62,733 nucleotides of DNA from an uncultured Mycoplasmatota bacterium (GCA_900549325.1 UROI01000003.1:1-62733), one strand, 5' to 3'. Counted from the first letter of the stretch, positions 27,882 to 35,238 are shown. Translations and numbers: made by a program. The notes: a model not told the origin generated them from the letters alone.

Positions 27882-27909
27882 ACAATTGTTCCGTTTATGG
27901 TACAATTGT
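27882..27909. promoter_or_regulatory. Two copies of the 8-bp palindrome ACAATTGT spaced 20 bp centre to centre (candidate operator)
   Basis: ACAATTGT at 27882-27889 and 27902-27909, in the 85-bp gap between the 320-aa gene stop and the 60-aa ORF start. Confidence 0.3.
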
Positions 27910-27914
27910 TATTT

Positions 27915-28877
27915 TTATTTATTTTCTTTTGACCATTCTTTAAATGTATCTAATACAACAAATTTTAAAAAATAAACATTAGTCTCTACATCATCTTCTT
28001 CAGAGATTTTTTCTCCATGAATAATTTTACTTCTTAGCCTATAAGAGTCTGTTACAATTTTATTTTTCTTAAACGATTTATAATCATTTTTGCAATATTT
28101 TTCTAATAAGTTTTTAATTTTTTTACTACTACTGATTTGTTTTAATGCGTTAATGCCATTTTCTAAAGATTGTTTTTCAGTATCATCTATATCGCTATTT
28201 TTTAATTCTGCAATAAACGAATCAAGCAATTCAATTGCTTTATTACTTTTATTTTCATTTTCACTCATTGTTTCAAGAATTTGGCATAACAACAATATTT
28301 TAATATCATCCTTGGCATTTTCCACCAAATGAAACAAATTAAAAATTTTTTGATTTGTTTCATTATAACTACATTCATAATCTATTTTTTTCATTTCTCT
28401 TATAAAATCTATTTCTGTATCATAAACAACAGATAATTCTACAGATATTTTGTTTTTATTCTTATATTCATCTAAATTCTCTAATGATTCTGACCACTCT
28501 ATTTGAAGCCCTAAAAAATCTCTTTCGCCACTTTTTTTGCAATAAAACCATTCTTCATTTTTGTAAAACTCTTCTTCTGAACATTTAAAATATTTTGGAT
28601 GACAATACCATTTTACATAATCAAAGTCTCCCATACTGTAATTTAGGATTGTTCGATAACCATTAAATAATACATTAAAATATAGTATTTTTCCGTCTAA
28701 TAATGCATCTTCTCTGTTCTCATAACCATATATAGCAAATTCTAAATTATTATTATCATAAAACTTATAATATAGATTTTTATCTTTAAACTTTCCCAAA
28801 CAAATATATTCATTATGATTACAAAATCCTATTTCTGCCGAATTATTTAACCTTACTTTTATTCTTGGTATCCACAC
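27915..28877 (-). CDS. HEPN-domain protein (C-terminal Rx4H)
   Basis: 320 aa. The helical C-terminal third contains VTDSYRLRSKIIHGEK (R-S-K-I-I-H). GTG start with SD AAGGTGA. Confidence 0.5.
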   Translation of the reverse strand: MWIPRIKVRLNNSAEIGFCNHNEYICLGKFKDKNLYYKFYDNNNLEFAIYGYENREDALLDGKILYFNVLFNGYRTILNYSMGDFDYVKWYCHPKYFKCSEEEFYKNEEWFYCKKSGERDFLGLQIEWSESLENLDEYKNKNKISVELSVVYDTEIDFIREMKKIDYECSYNETNQKIFNLFHLVENAKDDIKILLLCQILETMSENENKSNKAIELLDSFIAELKNSDIDDTEKQSLENGINALKQISSSKKIKNLLEKYCKNDYKSFKKNKIVTDSYRLRSKIIHGEKISEEDDVETNVYFLKFVVLDTFKEWSKENK

Positions 28878-28897
28878 TATTAATCACCTTCGTTTAT

Positions 28898-28906
28898 ATT
28901 ATATCA
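28898..28906 (-). promoter_or_regulatory. Extended -10 TGATATAAT upstream of the 320-aa HEPN gene
   Basis: Plus attatatca at 28898-28906 equals minus TGATATAAT, about 8 nt upstream of the SD. Confidence 0.4.
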
Positions 28907-29117
28907 TTAAATTATATTATTAATTTATTTTTTCCATTTTTATCATAGGATTTTCTAATTAAGCTACTATTTTTACATAAAAAGTGATTTACGATATCAC
29001 ATCACGCTTAAATACAAAATAATTATATTTTTATTTAATGTTCGTTTGATGTTCACACTGAAAATATGTTATTTTTCAGTTTAATTGTCAACACCATTTA
29101 ATTAATAATTACTTCCT

Positions 29118-29245
29118 TATACTAAAATAATATTAGTATATACCTACTGCTTATATATAATAAGTATCTTGGATACTTTTAATTAAGATAAGTTTACTTA
29201 GCTTAATTAAACACTAATAAGACTTACATAGTAAGGCTTATAGTG
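29118..29245 (+). repeat. Double-hairpin element, copy d (long form, paralogue of copy c)
   Basis: The left arm tatactaaaataatattagtatatacctactGCTTATATATAATAAG and the right hairpin cactaataag-ACTTACATAGTAAGG-cttatagtg (29212-29245) are near-identical to copy c. The central hairpin differs (ttaattaag...cttaattaa). Confidence 0.9.
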
Positions 29246-29302
29246 GACATAATAAAGATAATATATAGGTATATTAAAACTAAGACTCGATATCTTAGTT
29301 TA

Positions 29303-30106
29303 TTATTTAGTTAATGTTAATGTTTTTATTTTAAATTTTTTAGTATCATAACCCCATGGATTAGATACTAATCTTGTATTATTTATTATTATATCTTCTT
29401 CTTTATGATCATGTCCATATATCCATACCGGTGATTTATATTCTTTTACTTCTGTATAGTAACAAGAGTTATTACCCCTACTATTACTTTTATTTCTAAA
29501 TGGTGGTATATGAGTTATTATTAAATCTATATTATTTGGTAAGTTATTATACCAGGATATGCTATCGTTATGTAGTTTTTGTATTTTTTCTTTCTTAGAT
29601 AATTCTGATAAGATAAATCTTGAATCATTCTGCATAGGATAGTTATATAGTTTATCTACTAATGTTACTGGTTTATACCAAAGGGTATCTCCCGCTAATA
29701 AGAAGGTGTTATAGGTATATAGTCCTTTAGTATTATTTGTTTTATCTAGTATGATTATATCTTTATTATCTTTAAATATTTCATTTAATCTATATACTTT
29801 ATTCATACTATTATAGTTATATTCTTTTGCCATAGGATCAGTATAGATATATTTTATTACTGGTATATAGTATTCATGATTACCTAGGATGAATATTACT
29901 TTTTTATAGTATTTTGAACATGAATATAATAGTTCACTTACTCTATTTATATCTTCATCGATATCTCCCGCTACTACAAGGATATCTCCTTTTACTTGCA
30001 TGCTTATTTTATCTTGGACTAATTTATCTATTTTGGTTATGCTTTCTTTTTTACTTATGTAGTGAGTTAAGTGTAAATCGGATACATAGTCAATGTTTAA
30101 TTCCAT
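29303..30106 (-). CDS. Calcineurin-like metallophosphoesterase
   Basis: DYVSDLHL (DxH), VVAGDID (GD), LGNHEY (GNHE), ITHIPP, YGHDH (GHxH). Confidence 0.8.
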   Translation of the reverse strand: MELNIDYVSDLHLTHYISKKESITKIDKLVQDKISMQVKGDILVVAGDIDEDINRVSELLYSCSKYYKKVIFILGNHEYYIPVIKYIYTDPMAKEYNYNSMNKVYRLNEIFKDNKDIIILDKTNNTKGLYTYNTFLLAGDTLWYKPVTLVDKLYNYPMQNDSRFILSELSKKEKIQKLHNDSISWYNNLPNNIDLIITHIPPFRNKSNSRGNNSCYYTEVKEYKSPVWIYGHDHKEEDIIINNTRLVSNPWGYDTKKFKIKTLTLTK

Positions 30107-30132
30107 GGTATTTTTCCTTTCTAGATGCTTAT

Positions 30133-30161
30133 ATTATAGAGAAATACACGAATTATGTCAA
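30133..30161 (-). promoter_or_regulatory. Consensus sigma-A promoter for the metallophosphoesterase gene
   Basis: Minus strand TTGACA (30161-30156), 17-nt spacer, TATAAT (30138-30133). Confidence 0.65.
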
Positions 30162-30198
30162 ATAAAAAACTGTTGACGCTTTTGTATGTCAACAGTTT
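30162..30198 (-). terminator. Intrinsic terminator downstream of the DinD-like gene region
   Basis: 11-bp stem aaactgttgac / gtcaacagttt (30167-30198), followed on the minus strand by TTTTT. Confidence 0.65.
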
Positions 30199-30418
30199 CT
30201 GCGGATAAGTTATTTACGATAGGTAATTATCTTATATAATTTGTACATTTATAAAATTATTTTTTAGAAGTTATCAGAAAGATTTGTTTCTTTTTTAATT
30301 TTATATATTTTTGTTGTTTCTATTTTATTTTTAATTAACCTACCTTCTATTTGAGACATATATGATGATAAAGTATCATTGTTTAAATATTTAAATCTCT
30401 TCATAAATCTAACCAACT

Positions 30419-31277
30419 CTACTTCATTTCAATTTTTATTTCATCTTTATATTCATAATTTAATTTATTTTGTTTACTAACTACAGACTCACCTAAATTT
30501 CTTTCTATATCTTCTCTCGCCACTTTTGCTGCATGTCCACCCATTCTTGCAACCTCTTTATTTTGTTCTAAACCTTGTGGTTTATGTTTTTCAGCAAGTC
30601 TTTTTGTGGTCTCTTCTGATAAATCAGTTAATATCACTTCAATGTTATCCATATTATCTCTTAAAGATTCTTTACGAAGGCCTTTATATTGTTTATATTC
30701 TTTTGCTGTCATACCAGACCATTCTTTATAGATTTCATTAGTTAGTATAGCGTATTCTTTACCTTCATTTATACCATTTTCTTGCCAAATATCAGTTAAT
30801 TCTTTTCTATCTTGAATTTCTTTTAATCTTTTAGCAATCCATTTTTCATCATAACCTTTAGCTCGATATATATCTATAGCTCTTTGAGCTGCAAGTGATG
30901 GGTCAAATACTTCATCGATTCTTTCACTTCCTAATTTAGCTAACCATCCTTTTATTGATTCAACATTTTTACTAGGAATAGATTGAATTATTCTAAACAT
31001 ACCCTCAACATCAACCACATCAGTGTTATAGTATTTACCATCTGAAGACTTTAATTTCAGTTGGTTACAATTTGTAACCGACTCATTTCCTTCTTTTTTT
31101 AATCTGTGTTTTAACACTTTCCAATAATTTCTAGGATTATCACTTTCTGATAAAACTCCTACTACATCAACAACACTAATATAATATTTTTCTTTTTCTT
31201 TATCCCATACAGTTCTTATTGTTTCGCTATTAAAAATTTTATTAATTAAATGTTAAATGCATTTTATCCTGATTCAT
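30419..31277 (-). pseudogene. DinD / Bro-N family gene with an apparent frameshift about 10 codons after the start
   Basis: ATG 31277 with SD AGGAGG (31284-31289 region) gives MNQDKMHLTFN* . A different frame opens at 31252 and reads HLINKIFNSETIRTVWDKEKEKYYISVVDVVGVLSESDNPRNYWKVLKHRL..., continuous with the 232-aa ORF-track entry (GTG 31117). The C-terminal half resembles E. coli DinD. Confidence 0.65.
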
Positions 31278-31489
31278 TTATAACCTCCTACTTCTTTTCA
31301 AATTTAGATAATTTAATTATATCTTTTAAATTTCTTACTCCTCTTAAGATATTATAAATCACCATCAACAGCTATAATTTTGCAAGTACATCATTTAAAA
31401 TCATGAACACATTTAGACTCAATAATGTCTTTGCACTTCATACATTGTATTTTATTTACTATTTTGAGTATAATAATAGTGCAATATAC

Positions 31490-31518
31490 TTGATTTTTTA
31501 TGATAGTTATAGTATCAT
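31490..31518 (+). promoter_or_regulatory. Candidate promoter TTGATT-17-TATCAT for the orphan RNA
   Basis: -35 at 31490-31495, 17-nt spacer, -10 at 31513-31518. An alternative upstream -10 TATAAT lies at 31469-31474. Confidence 0.35.
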
Positions 31519-31525
31519 TGTATTA

Positions 31526-31639
31526 TCGGAGAGAAATCTCGTCAGGTCGATAGCTCAATGTCGATTTTATTAAATTAAGTGTATGTTAAGTACACCGCTT
31601 GAGCTGGGGAGAGACTACTAGATAGTCTCTTTTCTTTTT
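31526..31639 (+). ncRNA. Candidate stand-alone structured small RNA (about 115 nt) ending in an intrinsic terminator
   Basis: GAGA-GAAA-UCUC tetraloop hairpin (31529-31540). Long-range pair AGCUCAA (31552-31558) with UUGAGCU (31599-31605) encloses hairpin GUGUA-ugUUAAG-UACAC. Terminator at 31610-31639. No plus-strand ORF follows. Convergent with the antitoxin gene. Confidence 0.35.
31610..31639 (+). terminator. Intrinsic terminator (plus strand)
   Basis: agagacta / tagtctct 8-bp stem, 5-nt loop, then TTTCTTTTT. Confidence 0.7.
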
Positions 31640-31666
31640 AGTTATCAACAAATATTGTTGATAACT
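31640..31666. other. 12-bp-stem palindrome overlapping the antitoxin stop codon
   Basis: AGTTATCAACAA-ata-TTGTTGATAACT. No T-run on the minus strand. Probably a 3'-end stabiliser or terminator for the TA operon. Confidence 0.5.
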
Positions 31667-32642
31667 ATTTTAAATCTATGTCAAAAGAATAGTCATAGCT
31701 TATTTTTTCACATTTATTAGTATCTAAGAATGCTTTTTCTTTATGAGAATATTCTACTATTTCTTTAGCATTATAATTTTTAAAATATTTCTTTACCTTA
31801 TCTAATACTTCTAATTCTTCGTTGGTAAATAAATCTTTATTAAACTTTTTCTTTGGTGTTATTTCATAATATTCTTTAGATGAAGTTATTACTGGTTTAT
31901 AGTCTATTATATCCTCTTGATCTCCATATGATAATATTGTTTCAAAACTATCTGGTACTGGACCAAAAGGTAGTTTACAATATTCTAGTCCGGTTATTGA
32001 TTTACAGTTTTCTTTATAAAATAAGAAATCAGCGTAAAACATTTCTTTTAATAATTTTGTTTTTAATATCGTATTATCCGCAAGAAAGATAATCATATTA
32101 TATACTTTTTCTTTATTAAACTTAGTATAACCATTATACTCTGTTGGGCTATGCTTTTCGCTTAGTAATAATTGCCTTTCATTATTAGCTAAGAATATAG
32201 ATATCTTATTATTAATTTTATTATATTCTTTATCAGTAAATTGTACTTTATTAGCTTCAACTAAGTTTGCTATTATTTCTGGATTGGCTATTAAAATTTT
32301 TATTAGTATTAAGTAACTATCATTTGGTATAGACATTCCTTTTTCATAACTTATTAATGTCTTTTTAGCACAGCCTATTACTTTAGAAAATAATTCTTGT
32401 GATAGATTATATTTCTTTCTTAAGGCTATTATTTCTTCTTTAGTTACACCATATAATTTATTATATATTTCTATACCTTTTTCAGAGGCAATATTATCTA
32501 GCTTTTCATCATATACTAAATTATTACATTTTGAGCAGAATCTTCTATCTGAATTAAATTTTATTTCTTTTCCTTTTATTTGGTAGATATGTTCATGATT
32601 CTTAATATAAGTATCACTACTACCACAATTATCACATCTCAT
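31665..32642 (-). CDS. Antitoxin: MqsA-type zinc-finger plus XRE HTH fused to a DUF4065 (Panacea/SocA-like) domain
   Basis: CDNCGS...CSKCNN zinc ribbon. HTH LSQELFSKVIGCAKKTLISYEKGMSIPN. C-terminal YNMIIFLADNT..LKTKLLKEMFYADFLFYKENCKSITGLEYCKLPFGPVP matches the DUF4065 pattern. Confidence 0.7.
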   Translation of the reverse strand: MRCDNCGSSDTYIKNHEHIYQIKGKEIKFNSDRRFCSKCNNLVYDEKLDNIASEKGIEIYNKLYGVTKEEIIALRKKYNLSQELFSKVIGCAKKTLISYEKGMSIPNDSYLILIKILIANPEIIANLVEANKVQFTDKEYNKINNKISIFLANNERQLLLSEKHSPTEYNGYTKFNKEKVYNMIIFLADNTILKTKLLKEMFYADFLFYKENCKSITGLEYCKLPFGPVPDSFETILSYGDQEDIIDYKPVITSSKEYYEITPKKKFNKDLFTNEELEVLDKVKKYFKNYNAKEIVEYSHKEKAFLDTNKCEKISYDYSFDIDLK

Positions 32643-32651
32643 AGTATCCTC

Positions 32652-32978
32652 CTATTTATAATCTAAATGAAATGATAAGCATACTGTCATTTCTTTATTA
32701 TTATATTCTTCTATCTTTAACTTAATATATACTCTATTTCCATTAATATCTTTTTTAAATACTAGTGAATTTTCACTTTTTGAATAAAAAGGCTTATAAT
32801 CTTGAACATAGTTATATGAAGATAATGTTAATATTTCTTGCCATGCTAAACTTTCAGTTATTCCAATTTCTAACAATTCTTCAAGATAATCTCTATCTTT
32901 TCTATTAGCAAATCTTTTATTTCCTTTAGTTATTAACTTTTTCATTTTTGTTAGTAGTTTGAGCTGCTCTCCAGTCAT
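32652..32978 (-). CDS. MqsR-like toxin (RNase-type), upstream partner of the MqsA-like antitoxin
   Basis: 108 aa. By-eye alignment to E. coli MqsR: LLTKMKKLITKGNKRF vs LSQVKKLVNAGQVRT; VYIKLKIEEYNNKEMTVCLSFH vs VYLKITVIHDVLIVSFKE. Toxin-first order as in mqsRA. 9-nt gap. Confidence 0.6.
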   Translation of the reverse strand: MTGEQLKLLTKMKKLITKGNKRFANRKDRDYLEELLEIGITESLAWQEILTLSSYNYVQDYKPFYSKSENSLVFKKDINGNRVYIKLKIEEYNNKEMTVCLSFHLDYK

Positions 32979-33113
32979 ACAATTCCCCCTTATACTTATT
33001 TTTTACTGCATGATATAAATTTTCCTTTCTGTATTAATGGTAACATATGTAACCTATTTTTGTCAATATGTATTTTATACTTTTACATATTTTTTTATCA
33101 CTACTTGTGACCT

Positions 33114-33142
33114 AAAAAAACTATAGACATAATCTATAGTTT
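33114..33142 (-). terminator. Intrinsic terminator after the 426-aa gene; its sequence is repeated at 34525-34550
   Basis: ctataga-cataa-tctatag hairpin flanked by A7 (plus), which is T7 on the minus strand. Confidence 0.7.
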
Positions 33143-33151
33143 GTGCAAATA

Positions 33152-34432
33152 CTATCTTGTTTTACCGTACCCATTATTTATGGTTTTTTCCTTCAAGGTT
33201 TCACGCACTTTATTAAATTTAGATACAGAAGAATAGATTCTATAGTAATACACTTTTAACTCTGTTATATTTTGTATGCTTAAACTTTCTCCACCTTCTT
33301 CTAGAATCTTTTCTATCATTCTTAATTGTTCTTTTGCAGAAAAAATACAACATAGTTCTAGTTTTGAGTTATTTGTTTTTTTCTCTCTAATTTCTTTAGT
33401 CGTTCCCTTAGCTTGTTTAAAAATGCTTCTTATATTGTAGACATCTCCAATTCCATTTGTAATATCGTTAGTTGATTGTAATGTTTCTGGTTTATATAGC
33501 CTCTTCGCATTATCAGAATTAAAGAAGCCCATTTGAGCATAATTATCTCTTCCACATTTCTTTGATAGTCTATTTAATAAAAAGGTATCTGCTTTCCAAT
33601 TATTGTTTGCTTTAGGTCTAGCGTTTGTGCAAATTGCGGATATTTCACTTAGTATACCAAAATTTTGAAATAAGAAATTTTTATATTTTATTTTTTCATA
33701 GTTAAAAATAGGATTCTCTTTTTGTATCCTAGTTATTACTTCTAATGGTGTTTCGCCATTTATTTTTTCTCCATCATTCATTAACATCTGTAATATTTTA
33801 AAAATAGTTATGTTTCTTTCTTTTAATATATGTTCTAAATTTCTTTTTTCTATTCCTAAAAGATGGCAAATATTTTCTTCATATATCTCAAAATTATATG
33901 TTGATTTTCCAGCTTTTAAAGAAGTTAACTTATTTCTATAGTTTTCTACAAATATATAATAAGAGTATCGTATCCATTTTGATATTTCTTCCATATCTTC
34001 GTTTGAACAAACTTTCGGTGGGAGAAAAGCTTTCTCTTTTTCTGCTAGTGAAATATCTTTTATTTTACCTTCTTCTTTTTCAATTATATATTTTTCTCCC
34101 GTGTCATATATAAGCCTTTCTAGAATATCATACTCCTTATCTATTTGTTCTATTTTTTTTCGTATTTTTTCTATGTCTTCATCAGCAGAAGTTTCTTCCA
34201 ATTTGTTTAATTCATATAAATAATAGCTTCCATAGTCCGCTAAAAAATTTAATATGGTATCTATGCTATACATATCTTCTATTGTGCTTTCTTGCTCTCC
34301 GCAATATTTTAATATTAGTTCTTCTTTTGTCTTTCCTGTAATCTTGCTAAAATCTTTGAAATAACTTTCAAATTTTTCTTGTAAGTACGCTGCATATTCT
34401 CTTCTACTTGATAATCTCATTTTCGCCTCCAT
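33152..34432 (-). CDS. Hypothetical protein (426 aa), possible nuclease-like centre
   Basis: No firm motif. ENICHLLGIEKRNLEHIL faintly recalls barnase/EndoU-like (PBECR) modules. Flanked by 26-bp direct repeats. Confidence 0.55.
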   Translation of the reverse strand: MEAKMRLSSRREYAAYLQEKFESYFKDFSKITGKTKEELILKYCGEQESTIEDMYSIDTILNFLADYGSYYLYELNKLEETSADEDIEKIRKKIEQIDKEYDILERLIYDTGEKYIIEKEEGKIKDISLAEKEKAFLPPKVCSNEDMEEISKWIRYSYYIFVENYRNKLTSLKAGKSTYNFEIYEENICHLLGIEKRNLEHILKERNITIFKILQMLMNDGEKINGETPLEVITRIQKENPIFNYEKIKYKNFLFQNFGILSEISAICTNARPKANNNWKADTFLLNRLSKKCGRDNYAQMGFFNSDNAKRLYKPETLQSTNDITNGIGDVYNIRSIFKQAKGTTKEIREKKTNNSKLELCCIFSAKEQLRMIEKILEEGGESLSIQNITELKVYYYRIYSSVSKFNKVRETLKEKTINNGYGKTR

Positions 34433-34524
34433 ATTACAATTTTATTATACTATATATTTTTATTTTTTTATACTTTTTTACCTTGAGTTTACACTTTTAT
34501 ATCAACAGCACCTGTGGATATAAG

Positions 34525-34620
34525 AAAAAACTATAGACATAAATCTATAGCTTATATAAATATTTTAATTTTAGAGACTACAGGCTCTAAAATTCTTTTG
34601 AAGGCCCTAGGCTTCAAAAG
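34525..34620 (+). repeat. Double-hairpin element, copy e
   Basis: aaaaaactatagacataaatctatag (34525-34550), box-like gcttatataaatat, aattttagag-ACTACAGG-ctctaaaatt (34567-34594), cttttgaag-GCCCTAGG-cttcaaaag (34595-34620). Confidence 0.9.
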
Positions 34621-34650
34621 TAAGTGAGAAACCTTGGGTTCGAACTTTTA

Positions 34651-35238
34651 CTACTTTATACTAAAGTACTTAGTTAAATCTTTAATTACTCTTTTATGAT
34701 AGAATACTAAGAGAATTATTAAACTTAATAGACCTACTCCTCCTAAAACAATGATAGGCCAGTTTAATTCTACTACTTTAGTTAAAGCTAATATACAAAA
34801 TATTATGGCCCCAATGGCAGTAAAGAATAATGGAATAAATTTCTTTCTTTGTAATTTGAATTCAGATAGAAATATTATTAACTGAAATATTATAATACTA
34901 AAGAGAATTATATTAATTACAAAGTATGAGAAACTAGTTTCTTCAATGATATCTATCATGTATAAATAAGCACATACTATCATTACTACTATTGTTATTC
35001 TTTTTATTAGAGTATTATCTATTAATGGTTTATTTAATATAGCAAAATAGAATATTATTTCTCCTCCTAGTACATAAAACATCCACTTTTTACCTCCTAG
35101 TGAGAGGTTTACTATAGTACAAGTTATTATAGATATTAAAAATATTATTAACATTATCTTTCTAAATATTAAGAATTTGTTTACTTCTTTTTTTAGCCTT
35201 GGATAATTATTTTCTACTTTCATAGTCTTCACTTCCAT
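34651..35238 (-). CDS. Polytopic membrane protein (DUF6320-like)
   Basis: 195 aa, 5-6 TM. Overlaps the 3' end of the acyltransferase gene by 32 nt. Confidence 0.55.
   Translation of the reverse strand: MEVKTMKVENNYPRLKKEVNKFLIFRKIMLIIFLISIITCTIVNLSLGGKKWMFYVLGGEIIFYFAILNKPLIDNTLIKRITIVVMIVCAYLYMIDIIEETSFSYFVINIILFSIIIFQLIIFLSEFKLQRKKFIPLFFTAIGAIIFCILALTKVVELNWPIIVLGGVGLLSLIILLVFYHKRVIKDLTKYFSIK

Noticed and set aside
28921-29117. About 200-bp spacer below element d, including hairpin actgaaaa-tatgtta-ttttcagt (about 29059-29081) and a weak resemblance (attatatttttatttaatg) to the T1/T2 module.
   Set aside because: The similarity to T1/T2 is short and lacks the -35/-10 geometry and the hairpin. 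No T-run follows the local hairpin on either strand. There is not enough to call a feature.
30264-30404. 46-aa minus-strand ORF (MKRFKYLNNDTLSSYMSQIEGRLIKNKIETTKIYKIKKETNLSDNF) between the DinD-like gene and a terminator.
   Set aside because: There is no SD within 15 nt of the ATG, and it is very short. It could be the N-terminal remnant of a lost gene, but I cannot support it as a functional CDS.
31545-31560. GATAGCTCAATG (tRNA D-arm-like) and GTCAGGTC (SRP RNA domain IV-like) inside the orphan RNA candidate.
   Set aside because: No cloverleaf can be drawn. There is no GGAA tetraloop and no symmetric or asymmetric loop motif of SRP RNA. It is therefore kept only as an unclassified RNA candidate.
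34637-34644. GGTTCGAA (tRNA T-loop-like) just downstream of element e; possible tRNA or att-site remnant.
   Set aside because: The flanks do not form a T-stem, acceptor stem or anticodon arm, so this is an isolated 8-mer.
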